Source of the DNA: a bacterium
GTDB lineage: Bacteria; Patescibacteriota; Dojkabacteria; JAKAPS01; JAJZLI01
Assembly: GCA_021816845.1 (NCBI GenBank)
Contig: JAKAWT010000001.1
Coordinates: 262,087-326,086, forward strand
DNA: 64,000 nt
Direction: 5' to 3'
Part shown: positions 7,019 through 15,566 of the stretch, one piece after another
Layout of the letters: each line of letters begins with the position of its first letter
Position numbering within the stretch: the stretch's first letter is position 1
Made by a program: the position numbers and the translations under genes
Notes under the pieces: generated by a model
Told to the model about the DNA's origin: nothing
Databases searched by the model: none
What the model saw: only the letters and a program-made list of their open reading frames with translations

Positions 7019-9196
7019 CTAGCTAACAATACTGTTATATTGTATCTGTGTATCCTCACCTCCTCCACTTGATTCAGGAGTTTCTTTATCAGTATCAGCA
7101 TCATCCCCTTCACCATCAATGCCATCTGGAGGAACACTTTCTGGTACCGGACTTTCTTGAGATATTCCATCCTGCCTTAAGGGTTCAGACTGGGGTTCTT
7201 CAGTTTCATCTAGCGTATTTTTACCATCTACATCTGCAATTGTATTTGGAACTATCCTATCTAACGATGCACCTTCTGCTCTCATTTTTAATATTTCTTC
7301 TGGATTTGTAGTTATTAGTTTATATTCATATTCGGAAGAATAGATTTGGATTGCTACATGATTTGCACCAACAAAGAATATTCCTTCACCAATTTCCGCA
7401 GATAAAAGTAAATTTTTCTCCCCTGCAGATAAATAAAAGACGTCAGAAAGATGGTCTATAGCAGTAGGAGACTGTCTTAATAAAATCTGAATTGAAGAGT
7501 TAGTAACCACAGCCTTTCCATACTCATTGGATAGAAAATCATCTACATCCTGAGATACCGTAGTAAGACCAAGGTAATATTTCCTTGCTCTTTTTGAAAC
7601 TGCATAAACAAATTGTGCAGAATCAGGGTATTGCATTAATATCCAAGCCTCATCTATTATGAATAGTCTTCTCTTCAGTTCTTTTTTAACCCTTGTCCAT
7701 ATAAAATCCAACATTAAAAACATGGCTATTGGCCTAAGTTCATCTGATAAATCTCTTATTGAAAACACCATAAATTGGTTATTAATATCTACATTTGTAT
7801 GTTGATCAAAAATTCCAGAAGCAGAACCTTTAACAAATTTCTCTAATCTTTGAGCTAGACTATGAGCTTCATCCTCTTCCATTGAAAGGAGGATTTTATA
7901 CAAATCTTCCATTAGAGGTGGATCTTTTACCTGTGTTGAAGGATCAAAAGTTATACCTTTATCTCTGTATGTTAAGATCAAAGCCTTATCTAGTATAGCA
8001 TTCTCCATATTGGTAAGACCTCCTTCCTCACCTCCAAGCATAACTTTAAAAAGCCCATGGAGAGAAAGAATTTTAAACCTTAGTTCATCTTCTCCTTCCT
8101 CATAAACTCCAGATAAATCAAATGGATTTATCTTTGAATCTCCATCTTGGGAAAAAGAAATATATGACCCGTTCATTGCCTTACACAATGTCTCATATTC
8201 CCTTTCTGGATCTATTATTATAATCTGAGTACCTAACATGAGAGATCTTAATGCTTCAAGCTTTACAAGAAAACTCTTCCCTGCTCCAGATTTTGCAAAA
8301 ATTACAGAATTTGCATTCTCAAGATCAAATCTATCAAAAACTACGAGACTTTTATTTGCCTTATTTATTCCATACAAAACTCCTCTGTCTGAAGTTAGTT
8401 CTGATGATACAAAAGGGAATGTTGTAGCTATGGACGTAGTATCCATATTGTGTGTATAGTACATTTTGTCATTACCTTCAGGAAGAGTCGACTTAAATCC
8501 CTCCTCCATTTGGAGGGTTGCTGGTTTAATGATAAGAGACATAGCTCCTAGCGTCGCTTCAAGATTTTTAGATATATCATTAAGTTCTTCAAGTGTATCC
8601 GCTCTTATTGATACATATAAGGCAAAATGGAAATACCTTTCTGATCCTTTCGCAAGATCATCCTGTAATTGTTTTGCATCCTCCAAAGCAACCTTTAAAT
8701 TAGGATCCAAAACTTTCCCTGAATCTATCATGGTATTTGTTGTAGCCTCCATTTCAGCGATTTTTCTTCTAAGTTGTACTAAAACAGTATTTGAGCTTAT
8801 AGGATAATAGAACATACTTATGTCTATGGAATGTTCAAATGTAATTAGAGGAGATAACCAATTGGGAACAACATACCTTGGATATGCAATAGCAAAATAT
8901 GTTTTATAATATTTCTCCCCGATCTTTATATGGGCAAAATCCACTTCAATCGAGGCGGGAGCAATAATATCTTTAATAGAATTTATACCTGTCCCAAACT
9001 CTATTAGAGGATCTTTTGCTGTCTGATCATCAAGACTTTCCATAACTTGTGACTGACCTCCTTGTAGTTGACCTCCTTGTGGTATGGCATTCTGAGCATA
9101 GAAAGTATTAGCATCGTTCTGCTGAGTAGCAGTCCCCTGTTGAGGAGTGACTGTTTGATTATTCTTCTTTTGTTGTTTTTTAAACGGTAAGTTCAT
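7019..9196 (-). CDS. VirB4/TrbE/CagE-family T4SS ATPase, paralog B (intact, 725 aa)
   Basis: Walker A IFAKSGAGKSF, IIDPEREYE, Walker B IIDEAW. It has a Gln-rich N-terminus and an acidic C-terminal tail (…GEGDDADTDKETPESSGGGED…). Confidence 0.8.
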   Translation of the reverse strand: MNLPFKKQQKKNNQTVTPQQGTATQQNDANTFYAQNAIPQGGQLQGGQSQVMESLDDQTAKDPLIEFGTGINSIKDIIAPASIEVDFAHIKIGEKYYKTYFAIAYPRYVVPNWLSPLITFEHSIDISMFYYPISSNTVLVQLRRKIAEMEATTNTMIDSGKVLDPNLKVALEDAKQLQDDLAKGSERYFHFALYVSIRADTLEELNDISKNLEATLGAMSLIIKPATLQMEEGFKSTLPEGNDKMYYTHNMDTTSIATTFPFVSSELTSDRGVLYGINKANKSLVVFDRFDLENANSVIFAKSGAGKSFLVKLEALRSLMLGTQIIIIDPEREYETLCKAMNGSYISFSQDGDSKINPFDLSGVYEEGEDELRFKILSLHGLFKVMLGGEEGGLTNMENAILDKALILTYRDKGITFDPSTQVKDPPLMEDLYKILLSMEEDEAHSLAQRLEKFVKGSASGIFDQHTNVDINNQFMVFSIRDLSDELRPIAMFLMLDFIWTRVKKELKRRLFIIDEAWILMQYPDSAQFVYAVSKRARKYYLGLTTVSQDVDDFLSNEYGKAVVTNSSIQILLRQSPTAIDHLSDVFYLSAGEKNLLLSAEIGEGIFFVGANHVAIQIYSSEYEYKLITTNPEEILKMRAEGASLDRIVPNTIADVDGKNTLDETEEPQSEPLRQDGISQESPVPESVPPDGIDGEGDDADTDKETPESSGGGEDTQIQYNSIVS

Positions 9197-9224
9197 ATTT
9201 TTAAAATTAGTCTTTTTTAATTCA

Positions 9225-9908
9225 TTATTTTGATCCAGAAACTATTGGACCTGTATATTCATCAAAGTCACCTCTAATTTTAGCATTCATAGGATTATAT
9301 ATGCTATAGAAAAGTTTTATTAAATCTGCACTCTCAAGTTGCCTAGATCTTAATCCCATTCTAGAGAGTTGCTTGATTATGTGATCCCTCCTTGGATAAA
9401 GCCTGATTTTTGCAGCCTCAACCAACTTAGTAGTATCTCCAAGTTTAGCTTGTTTACCAAAGAACTGTTTAATAAAAGAAGGTTTCTTAGGCATTGATGC
9501 AAGATATGGAATGACAATATAGAAATGTTTATCTAGAACATTATTTTTCACAATTAAATCCTTAATATTTTTTCTATAAATATCTATTTGGTATTTAATT
9601 TTAGGATCTCTCTGCTTTAATTTATACTCATCAAGATGCTTTAAATATCTTGATATATCAATATTTTCAGTATGTATCATAACTTGGATATAAAAACCGA
9701 GAGAATTTAGTAATCCTGCAAATGCATATATTTTAGATTCCTGCTCAATCTCAGATAAAAGATAGAAATTTACAGCAGAAGTCTCAATGACTATACATAC
9801 ATTTCCATTCTTTAGAATAAGAAGATTATCTTTAATATCTTCTATATCAAGATGATCTTGAGTTGTTGCTACTATAGGTACCCTTTTAGGATCAGATAAA
9901 ATTGACAT
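9225..9908 (-). CDS. Conserved T4SS-associated protein upstream of VirB4 (paralog of 2247..2849)
   Basis: Same synteny and sequence similarity as 2247..2849. The C-termini are also related (…LRSRQLESADLIKLFYSI vs …LRAKIVDTRDEIINILSFI). Confidence 0.4.
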   Translation of the reverse strand: MSILSDPKRVPIVATTQDHLDIEDIKDNLLILKNGNVCIVIETSAVNFYLLSEIEQESKIYAFAGLLNSLGFYIQVMIHTENIDISRYLKHLDEYKLKQRDPKIKYQIDIYRKNIKDLIVKNNVLDKHFYIVIPYLASMPKKPSFIKQFFGKQAKLGDTTKLVEAAKIRLYPRRDHIIKQLSRMGLRSRQLESADLIKLFYSIYNPMNAKIRGDFDEYTGPIVSGSK

Positions 9909-9911
9909 AAT

Positions 9912-11819
9912 TTATATTCCACTAATATTTGTTTTTTCCTCCTTTGATACAGGTATGAACATAAAAGGAGGGATTATTTGGCCACTAATTTCTATTGTTG
10001 CAGTATTAAACTTGTATCCTGCTGCATCAACCTCTATTTCATATCTACCTAAAGGTAAAGGTGTTCTTGTGAAAAACTGCCCTAATTGATTAGTTTTTAC
10101 AGCCCTAACAGGTTTTTGGTTTGTATCTTTTACTATAACTATAGCGTTGTTCAGTATTTTATCCTCATCTGTAATAACAACTCCTGCAACAACATTAGCA
10201 ACCTTTGTAAACTCTGGAAGATGATCAATTAATTGCTGTCTAGTAAGGCCTATAGATTGATCTTGATTGGTCTGATCTAAATTACCTGGTGTATTATCAG
10301 ATTTTTTTTCTTCATGTATCAAAGATTGATCCTGTGGTTGACCTTGGGCCTGAGGTCCTTGGGCCTGAGGACCTTGGATCTGAGGTCCTTGGACTGACTC
10401 TTGATCTGATGTCTGCATATTTCCAAAATCCTGTGATTTAGGTGCAGACAAAGTTGGTTCTGTAAATTTTTGCCCATCTTGTTCTGCAGATACAGACTTC
10501 TCTGTAAGCTGAGTTTTCAATCTCTGGTTTTCTTCCTCTAATGCCTGTATCCTTGTTAATATTTTAGCAAGCTCGGCTTCTCTTGACTCACCCTCAGAAT
10601 GAGTTGTTGCAGCAACTGTGGGATCAAGATCCTTGGGATCAAGATCCGTTGGATTAAGATCCTTGGGATTAAGATCCTTGAGATCGGGTTCCTCGGGATC
10701 AAGTTCCGCGGATTTGACTTGAGTATTATTTGATGTATTTGAAGATAGGTCTGTGGAAACAGCTTTAGTATCAATACTTGAAGATACATCTTGTTGCACT
10801 ACATCCGCCTCTTCTTTATTAATGGTAGTTGGCTCTGTAGAAGATGTTACTGTTTGCTCTTGTGGAATCGTTTGAGTAGGTGATGTATTTTCAGTATTAA
10901 TCTGATCGACAATATCTTGAAAAGGATTATCTATCTGCCCAACATTAGAGGTTTCAGGTTTAGCTTGGGTATTTATAAAATCATCTCTAATATTGGGATT
11001 TACAGATGATCTAACTTCTTCTGCTGCAGAGACTGGAGTTATGTTATTTATATTGAAAGGATTGTACTGAGGGATTTTATCTCCATCTTTAGTATCTTCA
11101 CTACCAGTTGAAGTATTGGGTATAGCACCTGGTATGTCAGGACCATTAGATATAGAACCTATCCCTTGAAGATTATCTTTCTGAAGATTACCATCCTGTA
11201 TGGGCATTCCTGATAGAATATTTGGACTTGCAACAAAAGGGTCACTCGCTACATGCATTGTAGACCCCTGATTAAACAAATCAGTTCCTAGATTTGAAGG
11301 TGGCGTAGACCCACTAGTAGATCCATTAGATATCATACTATTTATCTTATCAATATTTGCAATTAAAGTCTTCTCCTTTACATCAAGGGCGTTATCTACT
11401 GCATCTTCATTAACTGAATTTAGTGAATTATCAAAAGGAGATTGGTATAGAAACATAGAAACATCTTTTTTATTGTTATTTTTATTAACCATAGGCCTAT
11501 CAATCTTCAAAATATTGGGTATAACTTCATTTTTCTTCCAAACCCTTTGGGTAGGATTTTTTATTGCAACTATAAAATTTGTAATCCACTCATCTAGAGG
11601 TCTATCATCAATAGGAACAAAAGCTATTGCCAAAGCTAAAAGAACAAATATTGCAGTAAATGGAACAGTTATGTAGTTACTTATTTTTACAACATACATT
11701 ATAAATCCAATCAACAAAGGTGTTGCAATTATAAGGAATTGCCTCATAGACATATTCCCTATAAGTTTAAACTGAATACTCATTATATTTTGAGGAATTG
11801 AATGCTGTTTCTCGTTCAT
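9912..11819 (-). CDS. VirB3-like N-terminal membrane module fused to a long disordered region, a coiled coil and a C-terminal transthyretin/CarboxypepD_reg-like beta-sandwich
   Basis: The N-terminal two TM helices resemble 2833..3213. The low-complexity region includes a (KDLNP)x6 array and GPQAQ repeats. A coiled coil (…AELAKILTRIQALEEENQRLKTQLTEK…) is followed by the C-terminal …VVAGVVITDEDKILNNAIVIVKD…GRYEIEVDAAGYK…. Confidence 0.45.
   Translation of the reverse strand: MNEKQHSIPQNIMSIQFKLIGNMSMRQFLIIATPLLIGFIMYVVKISNYITVPFTAIFVLLALAIAFVPIDDRPLDEWITNFIVAIKNPTQRVWKKNEVIPNILKIDRPMVNKNNNKKDVSMFLYQSPFDNSLNSVNEDAVDNALDVKEKTLIANIDKINSMISNGSTSGSTPPSNLGTDLFNQGSTMHVASDPFVASPNILSGMPIQDGNLQKDNLQGIGSISNGPDIPGAIPNTSTGSEDTKDGDKIPQYNPFNINNITPVSAAEEVRSSVNPNIRDDFINTQAKPETSNVGQIDNPFQDIVDQINTENTSPTQTIPQEQTVTSSTEPTTINKEEADVVQQDVSSSIDTKAVSTDLSSNTSNNTQVKSAELDPEEPDLKDLNPKDLNPTDLDPKDLDPTVAATTHSEGESREAELAKILTRIQALEEENQRLKTQLTEKSVSAEQDGQKFTEPTLSAPKSQDFGNMQTSDQESVQGPQIQGPQAQGPQAQGQPQDQSLIHEEKKSDNTPGNLDQTNQDQSIGLTRQQLIDHLPEFTKVANVVAGVVITDEDKILNNAIVIVKDTNQKPVRAVKTNQLGQFFTRTPLPLGRYEIEVDAAGYKFNTATIEISGQIIPPFMFIPVSKEEKTNISGI
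10621..10710. repeat. 15-bp tandem repeat x6 (GGATCAAGATCCTTG family) encoding KDLNP/KDLDP pentapeptides inside 9912..11819
   Basis: Direct reading gives ggatcaagatccttg / ggatcaagatccgtt / ggattaagatccttg / ggattaagatccttg / agatcgggttcctcg / ggatcaagttccgcg. This is the same unit family as the GGATCTAGATCC repeats at 1367, 2525 and 40458. Confidence 0.8.
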
Positions 11820-11897
11820 CTTGATACTAAGATAGCATAAAATACCATATAATAAAAGTCTTTATAGTCTTTTTAAAAGCCATATAAATAACAATTA

Positions 11898-12473
11898 TTG
11901 ACGATGAATTATAATATATACTATAATGTCTTTGATATGTTAAATGAAGAAGTATTACTTACAAATTCCAGAGAAAATGAGATAGATTGGCCAGAGATTC
12001 CATTTATAGATCTTAGAACGGGACCAAAAGGTTCAGAAATATATGATAAATATAGACAAATAGCAGAAAGAGCCGCTATCGTTAAAAATGGATTAAAGGG
12101 ATTACCAAGAATTCTGAGAGAAGACATACCAGAAGATTATATAGCAATATCTCCAGCTATGATAAAAAGAAATTGTGTAATTAAAAAACCATCTGGTATA
12201 AAAAAGTTAGAAGAAGATTTTATATATTCAATTATTATTCTCCTAGAAGACAAAACTACAAAATCTGCTATCGGTGAAGTATATATTTCAAGACCTAAGA
12301 ATAATTCTAGGGATACTATTGTAGTAAGGAAAAAAGTGTTTGATTCATTTTTAGAAAACAAAAATATTGAAGTAAATGAAGATAACATGAGATTAGATTT
12401 CCTAGAGAGTAGATTAAGAAATCTATATCAGAGATACCCCAAAATAGCCGAAGAAATCTTTGATAATAAATAA
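11898..12473 (+). CDS. Hypothetical cytoplasmic protein
   Basis: 191-aa ORF divergent from module B, with no recognisable motifs. Confidence 0.35.
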   Translation: MTMNYNIYYNVFDMLNEEVLLTNSRENEIDWPEIPFIDLRTGPKGSEIYDKYRQIAERAAIVKNGLKGLPRILREDIPEDYIAISPAMIKRNCVIKKPSGIKKLEEDFIYSIIILLEDKTTKSAIGEVYISRPKNNSRDTIVVRKKVFDSFLENKNIEVNEDNMRLDFLESRLRNLYQRYPKIAEEIFDNK

Positions 12474-12479
12474 ATTTAT

Positions 12480-13148
12480 ATGGAGAATTTTAAAAATATA
12501 AAATTCATATATTTTGACCTTGAAGGAGTTCTTGTAGAAAAAAATTCCATAGACAAAGAAACCATGGCTGGAATAATAGGTGTTAGCAAAGAAGTTTTTA
12601 TAGAAGAATATAAACAATATATAAAAAAGCATATTGATGAAAAAAAATCCATTAGGGATCTTGAATCTGAAAAAATATTTTTTGAAGGACTATTCAAAGA
12701 AGTATGTAAAAATGTAGGGAGAGCCTACAATAAAGAATTCATAAATGTCCTTATTCATCTAGAAACCCACAAAGATTTTAAATTAATTGATAATGTTAAA
12801 CTTGTACTGTCTATACTGCATGAAAAGTACAAATTAGGTATATTATCTAATGCATATCCATCAAGAAGAATAACAATATTAGATAAATATAAATTACATG
12901 ATTTTTTTGATGTTATAATATTATCTTTAGAATTAGGATACATGAAACCAGAAAATAATGTATATGAGTATGCACTATCACAATCTAAAGTTTTACCAGA
13001 ACAGATATTGTTTATAGATGATAATATTAAAATGTTAGAAGGTGCAATGAATATTGGAATAGACAATTTAATACTTTTTGGTAATAGACCTACTAAATTT
13101 AAGAGTATACAGAAATTCAAAGAATTACTTGAAATTCTCCAAAACTAA
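12480..13148 (+). CDS. HAD-superfamily hydrolase
   Basis: Motif I variant IYFDLEGVL, motif II LSNAYPS, motif IV FIDDN. Confidence 0.6.
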   Translation: MENFKNIKFIYFDLEGVLVEKNSIDKETMAGIIGVSKEVFIEEYKQYIKKHIDEKKSIRDLESEKIFFEGLFKEVCKNVGRAYNKEFINVLIHLETHKDFKLIDNVKLVLSILHEKYKLGILSNAYPSRRITILDKYKLHDFFDVIILSLELGYMKPENNVYEYALSQSKVLPEQILFIDDNIKMLEGAMNIGIDNLILFGNRPTKFKSIQKFKELLEILQN

Positions 13149-13214
13149 TTAGGATACATTGTTTTTTACCCAAATTATATATAATATAATAAAGTATCTA
13201 AGATCAAATATTAT

Positions 13215-14081
13215 ATGAGAAAAAAGATAACAAAAGCTGTAATAGCATTGGCTGGGTACGGAACTAGATTCCTACCTGCAACAAAGGTACAGCCTAAAGA
13301 GATGCTACCAATCATAGATAAACCTGTCATTCAATATCTTGTAGAAGAATTAATTCAATCAGGCATAGAAGATATAATAATGGTAACTCGAGGGCAATAC
13401 ACTCTAGAGAGCCACTTTGATAACAATGTTGATCTTGAGGAACATCTCAGGAAAGAAGGTAAAAATAAAGCTTTGGACGAGATTAGATCGTTACCAAAAA
13501 AAGCTAATTACATATATGTAAGACAAAAAAAACACCTTCCATATGGGAATGGAACCCCCTTAATAGTTGCAAGAAATCTAATAAAAGACGAAGAACAGTT
13601 CATATATATGTTTGGAGATGACCTTGTAAAGGCGAATGTTCCTGCAACAAAACAGCTAATTGAGTTTGCAAATCAACATCCTGGCAAGATTGTTCTTGCA
13701 GCACAGGAAGTATCAAAATCAGATGTATCAAAATATGGAATAATTAAACTTAAGAATGATAACATAACAGTTGAATCTATAGTTGAAAAGCCAAAAGAGG
13801 AAGAAACCAATTCCACACTTGCTACATTCGGCAGATTTATACTAAACAAAGATGTATTAAAGGAACTTGACAAAAAAATAATAGGTAAAAATAATGAATT
13901 ATGGCTTATTGATGCAATATCTAAACTAGCCAAAGAGGAGAAAGTTGTTGCAACTAAAATAGATGGAAAATGGCTTACTACTGGAGACCCATTAAACTTT
14001 TTAAAAACAACAGTTGAGTATATAAAAGATAGGGATGATCTGTGGAAAGACTTCAGAGAGTTTCTTAAATCGCAAATTTAG
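13215..14081 (+). CDS. galU: UTP--glucose-1-phosphate uridylyltransferase
   Basis: AVIALAGYGTRFLPATKVQPKEMLPIIDKPVIQYLVEE is the canonical GalU N-terminal signature. Confidence 0.85.
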   Translation: MRKKITKAVIALAGYGTRFLPATKVQPKEMLPIIDKPVIQYLVEELIQSGIEDIIMVTRGQYTLESHFDNNVDLEEHLRKEGKNKALDEIRSLPKKANYIYVRQKKHLPYGNGTPLIVARNLIKDEEQFIYMFGDDLVKANVPATKQLIEFANQHPGKIVLAAQEVSKSDVSKYGIIKLKNDNITVESIVEKPKEEETNSTLATFGRFILNKDVLKELDKKIIGKNNELWLIDAISKLAKEEKVVATKIDGKWLTTGDPLNFLKTTVEYIKDRDDLWKDFREFLKSQI

Positions 14082-14092
14082 ATAATAAAGAT

Positions 14093-15529
14093 ATGGATAA
14101 TCAACAAAATATAGAACAAAATAACAACGGAGGTACAGTAAATAGCTCTATACCACAGAATACTGGAAATATACAATTTCAAAGTAACCTTCCCACAGAA
14201 GAAGAGGTAGCTAAGCTCAAACATAGAAGAAAAAGACTGATTTGGATACTCATCATAGTTTCTTTAATAATTATAATAGTAGGAATTTTATATATATATA
14301 TAATAGATATAGGGAGAACATCAAATACTCAATCTAATAATAAAATAAGCCTCACCATGTGGGGGATTAGTCAACCAGCAATGTCATATACGAATTTAAT
14401 TAGTCAATTTGAAAAACAAAACCCTAATGTTTCCATTAATTATGTGCAAATTCCAGATCAATATTATGAGAGCTTTCTTGTTAACAAATTAAAAAGTGGT
14501 GTGAGCTTACCAGATATAGTTAGTATAGGGAATACATACCTTCCTTTAGTTAAAAATTATCTTTATCCTGCTCCACCATCAATATATAACATGAATAATT
14601 TCAAAAATGAATTCTATAAAACTGCTACAGAGGATTTAACATCTAATAATCAAATCTATGCTGCCCCTAATTCTTATGATGGATTGGCTTTACTCTATAA
14701 TAAAACTGAATTTGCTAAAGCAGGGCTTTCAGCTCCATCTTCAAATTTTAATACTTTTGTATCTGAGATACCTAAACTTGTGGTGAAAAATAGTGCTGGT
14801 CAAGTAACGCAAGCTGCTATAGATATAGGGCAAAACACATCCAATATATATAATGCCTCAAATATACTAACTTTATTTATGTTGATGTCAGGAACTCATA
14901 TGACGTCTTCAAATCAGGTAACATTTGCAAATGGTGTGAATGGAGCTAATGCACTAAATGAGTATCTTCAAATATCAAAAGTTGATGGATGGTCATCACA
15001 GTTTCCCTCTGCAATATCTGCTTTTGCAAATGGAGCTGTAGCAATGGTATACGCACCTGCATGGCAAATAACCAACATATTAACAATAAATAAAAGTCTC
15101 AATTTAGGTGTTATGGAGCCACCTCAACTACCTGGACAAACAATAAACCTTTCCTTATATTTTGCAAGGGCTGTCCCACGAGAATCTTTACACCCTGTAA
15201 CTGCGTGGAAATTCATACGATTTTTGGAACAAAAACAAAGCCTTATATCTCTTGCAAATACAGAAACCAAGGTAGAAAACGAACCGATTGCAAATATATT
15301 CCCAAGGATGGATATGGCATCTCTTGCAACAGGATATAACTATATGCCAGCATTTATCAAAATGGCACCAACCTCTAAGTCATGGCTTATGGGTGATTAT
15401 GCTAATGTATCTAATATATTAGATAATGTGATAGCACAAAATATTACATTAAAACAGGCACAATCAGAAGTTTTGAAAATATTAATTGATATTTATAATG
15501 GGACATATAAAATGCCTCCTCAAGAGTAA
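14093..15529 (+). CDS. Membrane-anchored extracellular solute-binding protein (ABC sugar SBP family 1-like), orphan
   Basis: N-terminal TM anchor then an SBP_bac_1-like region (…ISLTMWGISQPAMSYTNLISQFEKQNPNVSINYVQIPDQYYE…). No permease or ATPase genes are adjacent. Confidence 0.5.
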   Translation: MDNQQNIEQNNNGGTVNSSIPQNTGNIQFQSNLPTEEEVAKLKHRRKRLIWILIIVSLIIIIVGILYIYIIDIGRTSNTQSNNKISLTMWGISQPAMSYTNLISQFEKQNPNVSINYVQIPDQYYESFLVNKLKSGVSLPDIVSIGNTYLPLVKNYLYPAPPSIYNMNNFKNEFYKTATEDLTSNNQIYAAPNSYDGLALLYNKTEFAKAGLSAPSSNFNTFVSEIPKLVVKNSAGQVTQAAIDIGQNTSNIYNASNILTLFMLMSGTHMTSSNQVTFANGVNGANALNEYLQISKVDGWSSQFPSAISAFANGAVAMVYAPAWQITNILTINKSLNLGVMEPPQLPGQTINLSLYFARAVPRESLHPVTAWKFIRFLEQKQSLISLANTETKVENEPIANIFPRMDMASLATGYNYMPAFIKMAPTSKSWLMGDYANVSNILDNVIAQNITLKQAQSEVLKILIDIYNGTYKMPPQE

Positions 15530-15566
15530 TTATAAAATATAAATATACAAGTATGAACATACAATT

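Noticed and set aside
10621-10710. Possible CRISPR array or non-coding satellite suggested by regular 15-bp tandem repeats
   Set aside because: The repeats are only 15 bp with no spacers and lie fully inside a long ORF in frame (pentapeptide repeats). No cas genes are present. They are scored as a coding minisatellite instead.
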